A stretch of 64,000 nt of DNA from Eledone cirrhosa (taxonomy: Eukaryota), in assembly GCA_964016885.1 (NCBI GenBank), contig OZ024742.1, positions 236,840,001 through 236,904,000 on the forward strand. Direction: 5' to 3'. Positions 39,790 through 53,899 of this stretch are shown piece after piece (position 1 is the first letter of the stretch; the number at the start of each line of letters is the position of its first letter). The position numbers and the translations under genes are program-made. The notes beneath the pieces are model-generated. The model had not been told where the DNA came from. It did no database searches and worked only from the letters and a program-made list of their open reading frames with translations.

Positions 39790-41000
39790 AAATTCTATAA
39801 GGAGTATCAAGGACTGGAAAAAGAAAAATCAAGTATGATTGACAAAGCAATTGCAAAGTGGGGAATTTGGAATCTCAAGGAAATGTTTGACATTGCAAGC
39901 CAGGTTGTTCTCGAACAAAAAGACGTCCCATCTGAAGAGAAAGCTTTCCTTGAGATACAGCGGAAAGATCGGATAGTGTTGATGCAGAACATATGGGAGC
40001 CATTCAGAAGAAGATTCACTATATGAAAGTAAGAAAGAGAAAGCAGGATGAAGAAGTCAAGATGTCCGGGAAAGTAGCTCTTGAAAGTTTGTCATCCAGC
40101 TCAGCTATTTTCAAGTCAGCACTGCTCCAAAAATCACTGCGAATAAAACCGATTCTCGATGCCACTCATGCTGTCACGTGGGAATGAGAGAAACTATCGA
40201 TATAACAAGCAAGTACTTCTTACATCACAATTACGGAGAACCTTGGTCGTGATGTGTCTCAACTTTCCATTTTCCCCGCAGCTGTTTATCGAGCAAGAAC
40301 GAGTCATTGTGAGATGATGGATCAGAAAATCGAGTTATCCACTTTCCCACTTGAAGAACGAACTTGAACAGTCATCCACTGGGATAGAAGATTATTACTA
40401 TCGGCTTCCCGATGCAGCACACTCGAAGATCGGATTACAATTTTACTTACAAGAAAAGGAAAATTGGGGATAGAATAATTGGTATGTCCTTCGACACCAT
40501 CGCCACTAACACCGGCATGCACCAAGGAGCCAATACAAGCAGTGAAGAAGCTCTGAAAAATCCATTTTAAGGCTGGCTTACCGCCATCGCATTCTCGAAC
40601 TGGTTCCGAATAAAGTATTTTTCCCTACATCAGGTCCCGGTATCCCAATGTTCAAAATATTCCAGGAACTTTGGGACTCCATCGATAAATCTTATTATCA
40701 AATTATCCTGGATGATGATGAGCTCATGGAAGACATCTACGAGCAAAAGAGAGGGGGGGGGGTGATTGAATATCTACTGACAGTACTACTTTCTGGAGAT
40801 CATCCTTGAGAAGTCTATGCCGAGTTCATAAAGCCCTCCCTTATCTATAGCTGTAGTTGACCATCTTCCCAATTCTCCTTCTTAGTCCCAGGAGCTTACC
40901 ACCGGGCTCGTTGGATGGCTAAGATCATATATGTGATCAAGATAGTTCTGTTCAAAGAACAACTTACGCTTATACCAAATCAAGAGATCTACAAAAAGGC
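39790..41000 (+). pseudogene. Decayed hATm-like DNA transposase
   Basis: FDTIATNTGMHQGA, LAYRHRILEL, SGPGIPMFKIFQELW and PGAYHRARWMAKIIYVIKIVLF. Family assignment is from motif recall. Confidence 0.65.
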
Positions 41001-41037
41001 ATTTCTGGTTATACAATAATACAGAAATGCCTATATA

Positions 41038-41115
<78 letters not shown>

Positions 41116-41273
41116 TAAATAAACACGGGTGTGTATGATTGTGTATAGAAGATTATATTAATAAAAGGAATTCCAACTTTGTCTGATTTTCTCGTTTTAT
41201 TTACAATCCTTTAAAATTTATAATGGTATTATAATGAAATAGTATGATAGAATATTAAATGTTAAGTGTTAAT

Positions 41274-41312
41274 TGAACAAGTACTTTCATGCTTTCGCAA
41301 TCTTCAAGTTCA
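41274..41312 (-). ncRNA. Compact 39-nt hammerhead with a U3.G8 core, in an element at ~41113-41340 flanked by (TA)n
   Basis: TGAAC-TTGAAGA-t.tgc.gaaa.gca.t-GAAA-GTAC-TT-GTTCA. Confidence 0.7.
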
Positions 41313-41337
41313 TAATGTGTGGTGACAGTCAAGTTTG

Positions 41338-41458
<121 letters not shown>

Positions 41459-41905
41459 TGTATATATATATATATACTGTATATATATATATCAAAGGTA
41501 GAACTATATTATCAATTCTCAAAAGAGAGTAGAGAAATAGACTTATAGAATGTAATTACCAGCTTTACAGAGAAAGGAATAGCTTGATGTTTTATATGAT
41601 GTGCATAAACCTTTGGAGAAGAAACAGATATTAGCATGGAAGAGTTGTTATATATTTAAGAAAAAAGCAGACCGTACGAATACAAAGGTATCAATGGAAA
41701 CTCAATCCTCTTTCATGAAGTAATTGTTTTTAATTTCTTACAAATGTTTCGAATGAAATGTGACCTGGAATTATTCAAATGTTGTTGGAAAATACATCTT
41801 CACCATTGACTTTCTTTCTCTCTGAGGAGGGGGAAGTGTGAATGGATAATCATATCTATTCTATATACGCACACACAGACACACACAGACACACATGCAT
41901 CTGCC

Positions 41906-41970
<65 letters not shown>

Positions 41971-41974
<4 letters not shown>

Positions 41975-42163
41975 AGAAAGTAAGACCCCCACGGCAGAGG
42001 TCAAGCCGTTTCGACGGCTATTTAGTCCAGAAATAGCCGCCGTCGAAACGGCTTGAGCTCTGCCGTCGGGGTCATACTTTCTCCTATTACCACTCTACTA
42101 CCCTAAGTACTGAGTACTCTGGTGCGTTATGGTCCATCTGGTTCCTTACCACAACTCCTTCTT
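41971..42163 (+). mobile_element. Family-A palindromic element
   Basis: Palindrome plus tail, in (TA)n. Confidence 0.88.
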
Positions 42164-42234
42164 TATATATATATATATAAATATATGTGTATATATATAT
42201 ATATATATATACTATATATATATATATATTTATT

Positions 42235-42338
<104 letters not shown>

Positions 42339-42560
42339 TTGTATATACCTGGTAGATAGGTTGACAAACAATCAAACAGTTCTATATGTAGACCAATATT
42401 TTCTAAAGTTGATTTGATTAAAAAATTATATCTTTTTTTAAAACATCTATAAATAGTTTATCACACCACAATCTTCTTTAATTTCACGTCTTACTAAAAT
42501 TATGTTTGTTGGGATTGTCCATACATTATAAGAATGGATTCTGCGATAGATAGATAAATA

Positions 42561-43731
42561 TGTTTCTTTATTAGCCACAGGGGCACAAAAGAAGGGGACA
42601 AATACAAAGGGGAAGTTTACATACAATAAAAACGCGTAAAATATTATCACAAATGCAATTTAAAAATTAGTCGATTTTCCCCAATAGGGGGAGACATTAC
42701 ATATGGGTAACACATACCCCCCCAAAAAATGTGCAACCCTCATCTCCAGGAGTAAGAAGAGTTCGTACCCCTTTCCTCTCCTCCTCTTTTTCCTCAACCT
42801 ACAGGCTGATATAGAGAGAAGCCCCATTCACTCGGGCCATTCTCGCCACTTTCACCCACCTTTCATAAAACTTGCTGGGGTACAGCACCTCTCTCTCCAT
42901 CCTGATTCTTCTTCCAAAGTGGTATTTGAAAAAAAGAATCAGTTGTTGGCCGGAGAGAAAGGTGTCTGACCTCAGCCCTTTCAACCTTGTCCACCATACA
43001 ACCTCTTTCGCCATAGCTATCACACAAAGGAAACCGCCTCTCCTTCGTTTTTGAAGTAGGGTGGCGGTTTGATCAATGGACTCAGTGGTCAACCGGATTG
43101 GTCCCACCCGCGACAATAGTCGTTTTACATAGCCCCACAGGTCGGTAACGCCCGGACAGTGTATGAATGCGTGCGCGACGGTTTCTTCGACAGATCTTTT
43201 TCGAAGGGTCCCTGCCCGGGCGCCCATGTCTGTAGAGCTTGTCACGAACTAGTAGAGCCCCTCGGTAGCACTGCCAGGCCAGGGACTTTGGGAAGTTGTC
43301 CATCGGTCCCGGGCGGAAGGTCTTACCGAATAGACAGGCCAGTTCGTCTTCCTCTACGCCTAGAGTTTCACCGAGCGCGTTGTCGCACTTGCTGCGGATC
43401 AACCCTCTATAGAATGACGAAGTGGAGTCTCCACTGATCGCCGGGTCCGCCTGCCAGAGGGCTGTGAGCGCCTGAGCACATTCGATGTGCCAGTCGCCCA
43501 TTTTCCTCGGTCTTTGCTTGACCCAGGACTGCAGCTCGGTCAGCAAGACGAGTCGTGGGAAGGCTCGCCTCACGAACGGGGCCCACACCGGTTGTCCGGT
43601 AAGGAATACGTAGAGGTGCCGCAGCCTGAGCGCGTGTTTGCGCATCGTCAGCCACGGCAATCCCAGCCCTCCGTTTGAAGGGTGTTGGCAGCAGATGGAT
43701 CTTCTCACCAAAGGAGCCCGCCTCTTCCAAA
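42561..43731 (-). mobile_element. 5'-truncated Tx1-like copy (GATA lineage)
   Basis: Homologous to the ORF2 C-terminus. (GATA)3 at 42545-56 and at 43732-43. Confidence 0.92.
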
Positions 43732-43744
43732 GATAGATAGATAC

Positions 43745-44354
43745 ATTTCTTTATTATCCACAAGGGCACAAAAGAAGGGACAAATACAAATGGGGAGTTT
43801 ACATACAGGTATATGAAAATAAAACTATTAATAAAATAACAAATAACAATTGAAATCCCCAATAGGGGGGAGGCGTTACACAGGGGTTGTACACACCCCG
43901 AAAAAATGTACAACCCTCATCTCCAGGAGCACCAAGAGTGAGTACTCTCTTCCTCTCTTCCTCTTTTTCCTCAACCTACAAGCTTATATAGAGAGAAGGC
44001 CCAACCACTCGGGCCATCTTTGCCACATTCACCCACCTTTTATAAAATTTGCTGGGGTACAGCACCTCTCTCTTCATCCTGATTCTTCTTCCAAAATGAT
44101 ATTTGAAAAAACGAATCAGTTGCTCGCCGGAGAGAAAGGTGTCTGACCTCAGCCCTTTTAACCTCGTCCACCATATAACCTCTTTCACCATAGCCATAAC
44201 ACATAGGAAAACCACCTCTCCCTCGTTTTTGAAGGAGGGGGTGGTTTGATCATGACAATGGACTCGGTGGTCAACTGGATTGGGCCCACCCGCGACAATA
44301 GTCGTTCTCCATAGCCCCACAGGTCGGTAACGCCCGGGCAGTGTACAAATGCGT

Positions 44355-44355
<1 letters not shown>
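43745..44355 (-). mobile_element. Second 5'-truncated Tx1-like copy, head-to-tail with the previous one
   Basis: Same 3' end. The 5' junction runs straight into (GATA)~16 at 44355-44418. Confidence 0.92.
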
Positions 44356-44419
<64 letters not shown>

Positions 44420-45324
44420 ATAGACGAGTAGATATAGTAGAGTGACAGGGAATAGACATACAGACAACAAGATGTAGATACAGACAGTTAGATAAATAGA
44501 CAGGTATAAGAGATAGAGAGACAGATGGACAGGTAAATAGAAATATAGATGAGGTAAAGAAACAGATAGACAGTAAATAGATAGGAATATATGGTCGATA
44601 CAGATAGCTAAGTGAATAGAAAGGTAGATGAGGTAGAGAGAGAGAGAGAGAGAGGCAAATAGACATGTAGATGAGGTAGAGAGAAAAATATAGATAGGTA
44701 GATGTGGTAAAGAGTCAGATAGGTAAATAGGCAGGTTGATTGGTAGAGAGAGAGACAAAGACTGGCCAGATAGAGAGAGATAGGTAAGAGGATATGGTAG
44801 ATAGAGAGAAAATGGACTGGACGATGCGTAAATAGATAGGTAGATGGATAAATTAACAGGTAGATGTAGAAGAGAAACAGAGAATAGAGAGTCTTATAAA
44901 GGATAAATACATACAACAAAATAGTGTGTATAGTGGGTGAGTGGGATAATGAGATGGAAAGAGAGAGGGAAAAAGAGAGGGATTGAGAGGCATGGGAGGG
45001 GGGGGGGGGAGTGATGTTAGTGTTGCAGTTGGCTATTATTTCGTCTGTCAGTCAACTACAAGCGAACTCTGAAATGTATACAAATGTGAGGTAAATTCCA
45101 AATATATCAATATACCCGCACGTATTGAGTTCTTTCATTCAGTTAAAGATTCACTGAAAAAAAAAATGTTTTCTTTGGCTACAAATAACATCAATAGTAT
45201 ATATAATAATTGTTTTTACATTTGGCACAAGGCCAGCAATTGAAGAAAAGGGGGGGGAGTCGATTGAATCGACTCCATTTTGTGACAGGTATTTTAAATC
45301 ATCGACCCCGTAAAAATAATAATT

Positions 45325-48300
45325 ACTTTATTGGCCACAAGGGCCGACATATAGGGGACAATACAAAAGGCAGGGACAGTGGGGGCTTTACATAAATACG
45401 TGTTAAAAATATAAATAACAAAAAAAATATAACAAGAAAAATACTATGAAATTACCTAATAGGGGGAATAACCACCCGACACTTTTGAGGGCACCCGGGA
45501 AGGGTACCCTTCTCCTCCTGAAATTAACCAGCCTACAGGCGCATGCTCAGAGTAGACCTATTCACATGAGCCATTCTCGTTACATTCTCCCCACCTTTTA
45601 GCAAATGTACTGGGGGCAGTACTGCTCTCTCCACCTTCAGCTTCCTTGATGAGGGATTGGCCGAAGAGAAAAGTGCTTGTCTTCAGTCATTTCAAACTGG
45701 TCTACCACCCAAGCTCTTTTGCTACCACCACAAAACAGAGGAAAATTTCCTGTCCTTCATGACCAAAAGAAAGCGGCGGGTCGATAGCCGGATCCGTTCT
45801 ACACGCGACAACAGCTGTTCGACATCACTTCATAAGTCAGTAATACGCGAACACTGGACGAGTGCGTGCAGAGAGGTTCCGTCGTTCTGCGCGGATCTCG
45901 GGCAGGTCTGTCTGACAACACTTCGGTGCATGTAGTTTATCTCGAACCGGTAGTGCTCCCATCCCGGTAGCACTGCCAAGTGAGTGATTTCTGGAAGTCC
46001 TCGGCTTGAAGGTCCTCCGGAACAGACTGGTCAGTTCAAATTGATCGACCCCCGGAACCTTTCCGAATGCGTCGTCGCACTTGCCCACTACTAATCCTCT
46101 ATATAACTCGAGAGTGGAAGTTCCACTGACCGCATTGGCCGCCTGACAGAGGGTAGTGAGAGCCTGGCAACATTGCAGATGCCAGGCGCTCAGTCTCGGT
46201 CTCTTCTTGACCCAGGACTGAAACTCAGTCGAAGAGACGACTTGCGGAAATGCTCGTCTCACAAATGGCGATCACACTTGTTCACCGTTTAGGCAGAATA
46301 TCTGGAGATGCCGCAGTCACAGCGCATGTTTGCGCTTGATTAGCCACTTCATGCCCAGCTTTCCGTGACGAGGGTGCTGGCAGCAGATGGACCACCTCAC
46401 CAACGGAACCTGTCACTTCCACAAGAAGTTGAAGAGGAGCCGCTAGTGCTTGTCGAGGTCCGAATGGGGGCAAGACATGACGGTCAGGCGGTTGTAGATG
46501 ACGGACACGATGTACACGTTCGCCACCTCCGCCTGACCTTTCAGAGACAGCTTTCGCTCGGTCCATTTCTGGGTGAGAGTGGCTACCCTGATCGTAACCT
46601 CATCCAGATTCTTATCCACCTGAGGTCTGGTCTGAACCAAACCCCGTGCAACTTTACCGGTCCGTCAGTCCAGCACCCGACGACGCTGTTGGACGGCATA
46701 GATTTTCCTCTCCAGGCGCTGAGCTGCAAGCCCACCAACATTTCCGGGTTAATTTTTGCTCCCATCAAACTTTCATATTCCTCGTCGATTTCTGAGGTGT
46801 CCGACACCATCACGGTGATGTCGTCTGCATTAGCCTTTCCTCTTTCCAGTTCGAGTGGGATTCCCTGCAACAGCTTCATATTCCGCAGTAGAGACTCAAG
46901 AAACAATACGTACACAATGGAGAAGCAAGGGCCCTCTTTACGAACCGATCGGGAGAGCTGAAACGGCTCTGAAAGGTGGCCATTACCTTTCACCACCGAG
47001 CAGATGCCGCTGAGCATTGCAGCGATCCAGCCTCTGAAGACGGGACCAAAGCCTGCTGCATTGAAGACTGCATCCAGGTATCGATGGTCGACTCTAGCTT
47101 TCGATTGATCTAAATTGATCAGAGCCACACCAGAGCTAGGTTTTCATCCTAAACTCTCTATGATATATCACATGAGGTAGAGATTGTCGTGTATGGACTT
47201 GGTCGGGATTGCGCAAGTTTTCGCCTCCCTTACCAAATCATTGAAATCAAGTGTCAACCTCTTCACTATCACCTTGGCCAAAATCTTAAACTCTGTGTTG
47301 AACAGAGTTAATGAGCCTGAAGTTATTTAATGTATTCTCGCTCTGAAGCTGTCTCGGCTTTTCTAGATTTTAGTGAAATACATCTGTATTTCAGTATTCA
47401 CCTCTCCTTTGCTGCCATCACTTCTTCCAGGACGTTTAAGTTGGTCTAAGTCTTTTCTCTGTTTATAATCTTTTCCGCCTGGGCCAAACGTTCTTTCTTC
47501 TTAGTTAAATCAAAATTTTAATAAGTTTGAGAATTTGCAGCTGTGGCTGCAAAAGTAATCTTGTTGTTTACATTGTTGTTGCTGCTGGTAGTGTTGTCCT
47601 TGTTCATGTTGTTGTTGTTAGTGGTGATGGTGGTGGTGGTGGTATCATTGTTGATGCTGTTGTTGTGGTCGTTGCTGCTGCTGCTGCTGTTGGTTCCTTC
47701 GTTCTTGTCGTTGCATCTGATGCTGTCACCGCTGCCGACGTTATCGCTGCCGACGTTACCGCTGCCGACGTTATCGCTGCCGACGTTACCGCCGCCGACG
47801 TTATCGCTGCCGACGTTACCGCCGCCGACGTTACCGCCGCCGACGTTACCGCTGCCGACGTTACCGCCGCCGACGTTACCGCCACCGACGTTATCGCGGC
47901 CGGCGTTATCGCTGCCGACGTTACCGCTGCCGACGTTATTGCTGCCGACGTTACCGCCACCGACGTTATCGCTGTCGGCGTTATCGCTGCCGACGTTACC
48001 GCCACCGACGTTATCGCTGCCGGCGTTATCGCCACCGACGTTACCGCTGCCGACGTTACCGCTGCCGACGTTATCGCTGCCGACGTTACCGCTGCCGACG
48101 TTATCGCTGCCGACGTTACCGCTGCCGACGTTACCGCTGCCGACGTTACCGCTGCCGACGTTACCGCTGCAGACGTTATCGCTGCCGACGTTATCGCTGC
48201 CGGCGTTATCGCCACCGACGTTACCGCTGCCGACGTTACCGCTGCCGACGTTACCGCTGCAGACGTTATCGCTGCCGACGTTATCGCTGCCGACGTTACC

Positions 48301-48540
48301 GCTGCTACTGATTTTTGCTGGTGAGGGTGGCATAGTTAGTGGTGTCTGTAGTAGTAGTGATGGTGGTGGTGATGGTGGTGGTGGTGACACCATTGTTGCT
48401 TCTCTTTAGAGCGTTGTCCGAATCACTTTCGTGACCACACTTTTGTCGAGACCTTTGGCAGGAGGTGGAGGGGTTGTAACTCTATTTTTTTTTACAAAAG
48501 AAATTTTATAGCACAATTTATAATTCAAAGTATATATATT
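45325..48540 (-). mobile_element. Older sister-lineage Tx1-like LINE with a (TTA)n tail, probably internally deleted
   Basis: RT and C-terminal homology over 45530-47340 is secure. 47340-47520 resembles the ORF1 N-terminal block, which is less secure. Confidence 0.7.
47727..48306. repeat. 15-bp CpG-rich minisatellite, ~38 units (gctgccgacgtta(c/t)c)
   Basis: Read directly. Gives (G/D)NVG(S/G) repeats on the minus strand. Confidence 0.97.
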
Positions 48541-48549
48541 TGGGCCCAG

Positions 48550-49150
48550 GGTTTGCACAAGGTCAGCAATTTGGGGGGAGAGGGAAAGTCGATTAAATCG
48601 ACCCCAGTGCATTACTGGTGTTTTATTTTACCGACCCCGTAAGGATGAAAGACAAAGTTAACCTCGGCGGGATTTGAACTCAAATCAAAAAGGGTCGTAA
48701 CTCTATGCTGTAAAGCATGGCGTCCGACCCTCTACCGATACTGTTAATAATAATAAGGGTTTCTTATATAGACACAAAGCCAGCAATTTTTTTTTTGGGG
48801 GGGGGGGAGTCGATTAAATCGACCCCAGTGCATTACTGGTGCTTTATTTTATCGACCCCGTAAGGATGAAAGGCAAAGTTAACCCCGGCGGGATTTGAAC
48901 TCATATCATAAAGGGTCGTAACTCTATGCTGAAAAACATGGCGTCCGACCATCTACCGATACTGCCAATAATAATAATGATAATCGTTTCTACTTTTGGC
49001 ACAAGGCCAGCAATTATCCCAGTGCATTACTGGTACTTTATTCTATCGACCCCGTAAGGATGAAAGGCAAAGTTAACCTCGGCGGGATTTGAACTCAGAC
49101 TGTAAAGGGACGTAACTATGCTAGAAAGCATGGCGTCCGATGGCGTCCTA
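48550..49150 (-). mobile_element. Three head-to-tail SINE family 1 copies
   Basis: Units at ~48550-48743, 48757-48968 and 48984-49150, joined by (TAA)n. Confidence 0.9.
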
Positions 49151-49689
49151 CATTCTTTTAGGGCGCACGCCGTCGTGGATATTACAAGGACTATAAAACA
49201 ACAATAATGATTATATATTTAACAACTGTAATTGAATCTCAAGGTTTAACTTTTCAACTCTATATACTCGCCTATTTTCAAGTCCCAGCACAGAACAGGG
49301 AGCACTGTCCCGATGAAACCCATTAGCTGAAAATGCACATAGATCTGTTGGAATCCGCTTGATGAGATAATCCACCGACTCTGGTCGTAAACAACTGTAA
49401 AGCCCTCTACTTCTTGTATTCCTTGGAGTGTTATCAATAAGGTATCAAGCGGAATGTCGATATTATAAAGAAGATAGACGGTTTTAAATGTACTCTGTTT
49501 ATTATATAATAAACAGAGGAGGCATTTACAACCGCCCCTCTTCTTTATAATACACACACATATATATATATATATACACGTACATACATATATATATACA
49601 TATACATATACATACATATATACATATACATATACATACATACATATATATATATATACATATACATACATATATATATATATATACAT

Positions 49690-49754
<65 letters not shown>

Positions 49755-49867
49755 CATATATATACATATACATACATATGTATATATATATATACATATA
49801 CATATACATACATATATATATATATACACATATACATATACATACATATATATATATATATATACAT

Positions 49868-49917
<50 letters not shown>

Positions 49918-49920
<3 letters not shown>

Positions 49921-50092
49921 AGTAAGTAAGTAAGTATAGGAGTAAGTAAGTACTGAGTACAGAATTAGCCGTCGAAACGGCTTGAGCTCAGCCGTCGGGG
50001 TCTTACTTACTCCTATTACCCACTCTACTACCCTAAGTATTGAGTACTTTGGTGCGTTATGGTCCACCTGGTTCCTTACCACTTTTCCCTCG

Positions 50093-50093
<1 letters not shown>
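49918..50093 (+). mobile_element. Family-A element (single arm plus tail)
   Basis: agaattagccgtcgaaacggcttgagctcagccgtcggggtc plus tail. Confidence 0.85.
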
Positions 50094-50155
<62 letters not shown>

Positions 50156-50156
50156 C

Positions 50157-50243
<87 letters not shown>

Positions 50244-50298
50244 CATATATATATATATACATATACATACACACACACACACATATATATATATGTAT

Positions 50299-50351
<53 letters not shown>

Positions 50352-50519
50352 CATATATATATACATACATATACATACATATATATACATACATACATAT
50401 AGATATACATATACATACATATATATATATACATATACATACATATATATGCATATACATACATACATATACATATACATACATACATATACACATACAT
50501 ACATACATACATACATACA

Positions 50520-50551
<32 letters not shown>

Positions 50552-50567
50552 CATATATATATATATA

Positions 50568-50772
50568 TAGGAACGAGTAGGACCCCGACGGCTGAGCTCA
50601 AGCCGTTTCGACGGCTAATTCTGGACAGAATTCTGAGTCCAGAATTAGCCGTCGAAACGTCTTGAGCTCAGCCGTCGGGGTCCTACTCGTCCCTATTACC
50701 CACTCTACTACCCTAAGTATTGAGTACTTTGGTGCGTTATGGTCCACCTCGTTCCTTACCACATTTCCTTTG

Positions 50773-50775
<3 letters not shown>
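50568..50775 (+). mobile_element. Family-A palindromic element
   Basis: Palindrome 50568-50696 plus tail. Confidence 0.88.
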
Positions 50776-50840
<65 letters not shown>

Positions 50841-51192
50841 GAGAGAGATTGAGACAGACAGTTTTAAAGCTATTCATTTTAACACAAAAGAGAGTTCATG
50901 TGAATGAATTAATATGAAATATATATGAATTAACATAACGAACCACCTGGTCAGTCGTAGCGCAGGATGTTAAAGCCAATCAGTTACACATTAAGCTTCC
51001 TAGATCTGACCTCAGTTGAAAATATCACTAGAGTAGTGATTGGTCAGGTTTTTACTAGTGTTATTGAAGTGGAGACCTTTACATGCTTTTTGATGGTTCT
51101 TTAGTGTTTTATCTTTGCTATCGTTGAACGTTGAAGAAAGACGATATTGAGTGCTTTGATGTTACCGAATTACTTACTATACATATGCATAC

Positions 51193-51240
<48 letters not shown>

Positions 51241-53568
51241 TATATATATATACACACGCCGAAGGTATTCATTGAAACTAGGCTTCATTCTGTCGATCAC
51301 TTTAAGTTCTTTAGCATGACATGGACTACTGATATTCTTGGAATCACGACAGACATCTATGATGTTGTCTGATTAATTGCATGTTTTCCTTCTTTCTCTT
51401 TACGTATACACATATATACCAACTGAAATTTTTCCACACAAATACACATAGACACATACGCACACACACGCGCGCATGTGTGTGTGAGTGTGTGTGTACT
51501 CTCATTCGAATTTATATCTATTTTCATTTTGTTTCGAGTATGCTTTGTCTTTAATAGTGAGTATAATTTTGTACTAAATATAGGTATTCAAAATTTGCAA
51601 AATATATTTGATTTAACGCATCAACATGCTATTATTTTCATCACCTATTATATAACATATTTTCTGCTCTATTAAGAGATTGTCGGCAGCAGATATATAT
51701 TTAAGAACATGGGTCAGATATTTTCCACCATTCTTAGAACATTAGTTAGCTATGCAGAGCTCTTGCCCAGCCCAAGGTTAAAAAAATGCTTTTTTCCACC
51801 CCTCTTTTTACATTATTGCTATCTTCATTTCTTGGATTGATCCCAGGTATCTATCCTGCTTCAGGTTGTTAATATATGCGACAGTGTATTCGCCAGACTT
51901 TTCCACTCTGTGCCGAAATCCCATAGAACTAGTTTTGACGCTTATTTTTCTGGACACAATGTCCTGATAGACGCAGTCAACGTTCTCTAATCTTCCCACT
52001 TGCGTTTGAAAGGTTTTCATACAGTTATTCATGTGTCATGAGCTGACATCTTAATGGCCTCACGTAGCATCTTTCTTGAGTCTGCCCTTACATGGGAGAT
52101 TACATGCAGGATATATCCATGCAGTTAGCCGTTTGTCAAATGCTGCTGCCATTTCACATCAAAGTCCAACACATACGCTTCTTCTTTGATCAATACTATA
52201 ACAATCAGAAATAATTCTTCTAAATAAATACTTTTAAATCTTCACACTACCAACACCAACCATCCAATAACTTGCCATGATTTGCAATAAGTTACATTAC
52301 TATTGTAAAAGTCAAACAAACTACAATACGCATCCCCGAAAAAATCCCTCATAGTCAGCCAACGATGAAGCCTTTAAGTGAACAATCAATTTGTTAGAAA
52401 TAGCAGCAATAAGATGCATTTCACATGCAAAACAGAGTACAATGTACAACATTGAAAAACATTCACCCTTAGTCACCAATATGCTGATAAGAGAAGCTCT
52501 ATGCAGTCGCTCTGCTTGTTAGAAGTATCACTCATATTTACTTGAAATAGGACTTTACCATTTTAAGAGGACACATTAATTCCCTCAAGTGTGGCTTGAA
52601 CCCAGAAACATAAAGAAGCATGATCAAACAACTCATATAGGCACAGTACCAGAAATTCAAGGGGAAAGTTTAGAGCATTAAATAGACACGTGTACATAAT
52701 TGGTACTTTATTTTTATCAACATTTTCAGGGTGGGAGGCAAAATTGACAGCAACTTTGCGGGTTCGATATCAATGCGTTGCATTTTAAGCAAGTTTCTTT
52801 TACAATAGCCTCGGGCAACCCAAGCTTTTCGAGTGAAATGTGGTATACAGGAAATATTTGGAAGCTCGTCGAACGGATTATACCTGCAATTCAAATGGCC
52901 GCTATGTCACACAATGTGTCATGCTGAACCTCTTTGGGAATTACGTTAAAGGTGCTTGTGTGATAATCATCTACTTAAATGTTAATTCAACGAGTAAGCC
53001 ATTTCATTGATAGAACAACTGGAACATTCATCCTTTCAACCGATGGAAGTCTTTTACCTTTTTTTACATTCCTATTTTTTTTACTAAGGCAGCGCTGTAG
53101 TAGAGTTGTTAGAACGTCACATAGATTTCTATGCTGTGATTGTTCCGGTCCTCTGCGTTCTGAGACCAGCTTTGCCTTTCCTCTTTATGAGGTGGCTACT
53201 TAAAATACCAGTCTAGCACTAGGTTAAAATACCAGTCTAGCACTTCACTTCTCACTCTGGAGAAAATCAGCTATATTCAGACCGGGAAAGTGATGGGACC
53301 CACCCGGTTTAAAGAATGCATACGGCTCCAGCAGAAGTAAGAGCCAAGGGAATGTATTGTTAGATTATTTTACACGAATCCTTCCCTCACAGATTCTTAT
53401 GTACTTCCGATTCAATCCTAGTACTAAAACTGGCATTGGTTTATAGCATAGATATACAGTTAGATGGCTGTGGGATTGCCTAGAGATGGGGATGTTGTCT
53501 GATTCACAAGGCTACCGTATAACAATACTACTGAATGATTTAGTGATAGATATGTGGAAGGCACACAC

Positions 53569-53660
<92 letters not shown>

Positions 53661-53899
53661 TCATTGGTTACGAGGTAGAATTATCATGTTGTGTGAGAAA
53701 CATCATCAGGTAGAATATTTCTTAATAAAAACAAAACAAACTTCACCACAGTCATATATTGAACAATAAAATAAATGATTTTTTTTATTAGTCAGAAGGG
53801 TGATCGATGCGTGGACATTATAAGAAAAGGTTAAAAAAAGTGTCGAGGTTTACGTTGAAACTGAGTGAAGGGGAAATAATGAGTAAAAATGAAAATATA

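Noticed and set aside
47518-48409. Antifreeze, ice-binding or pentapeptide-repeat host gene
   Set aside because: Open in at least four frames because of the 15-bp unit. It is embedded in LINE sequence with no evident gene structure.
49305-49405. Degenerate hammerhead-like strings here and at ~51010-51050 and ~60118-60135
   Set aside because: Core nucleotides are missing or deleted. They are plausibly PLE remnants but not supportable as ribozymes.
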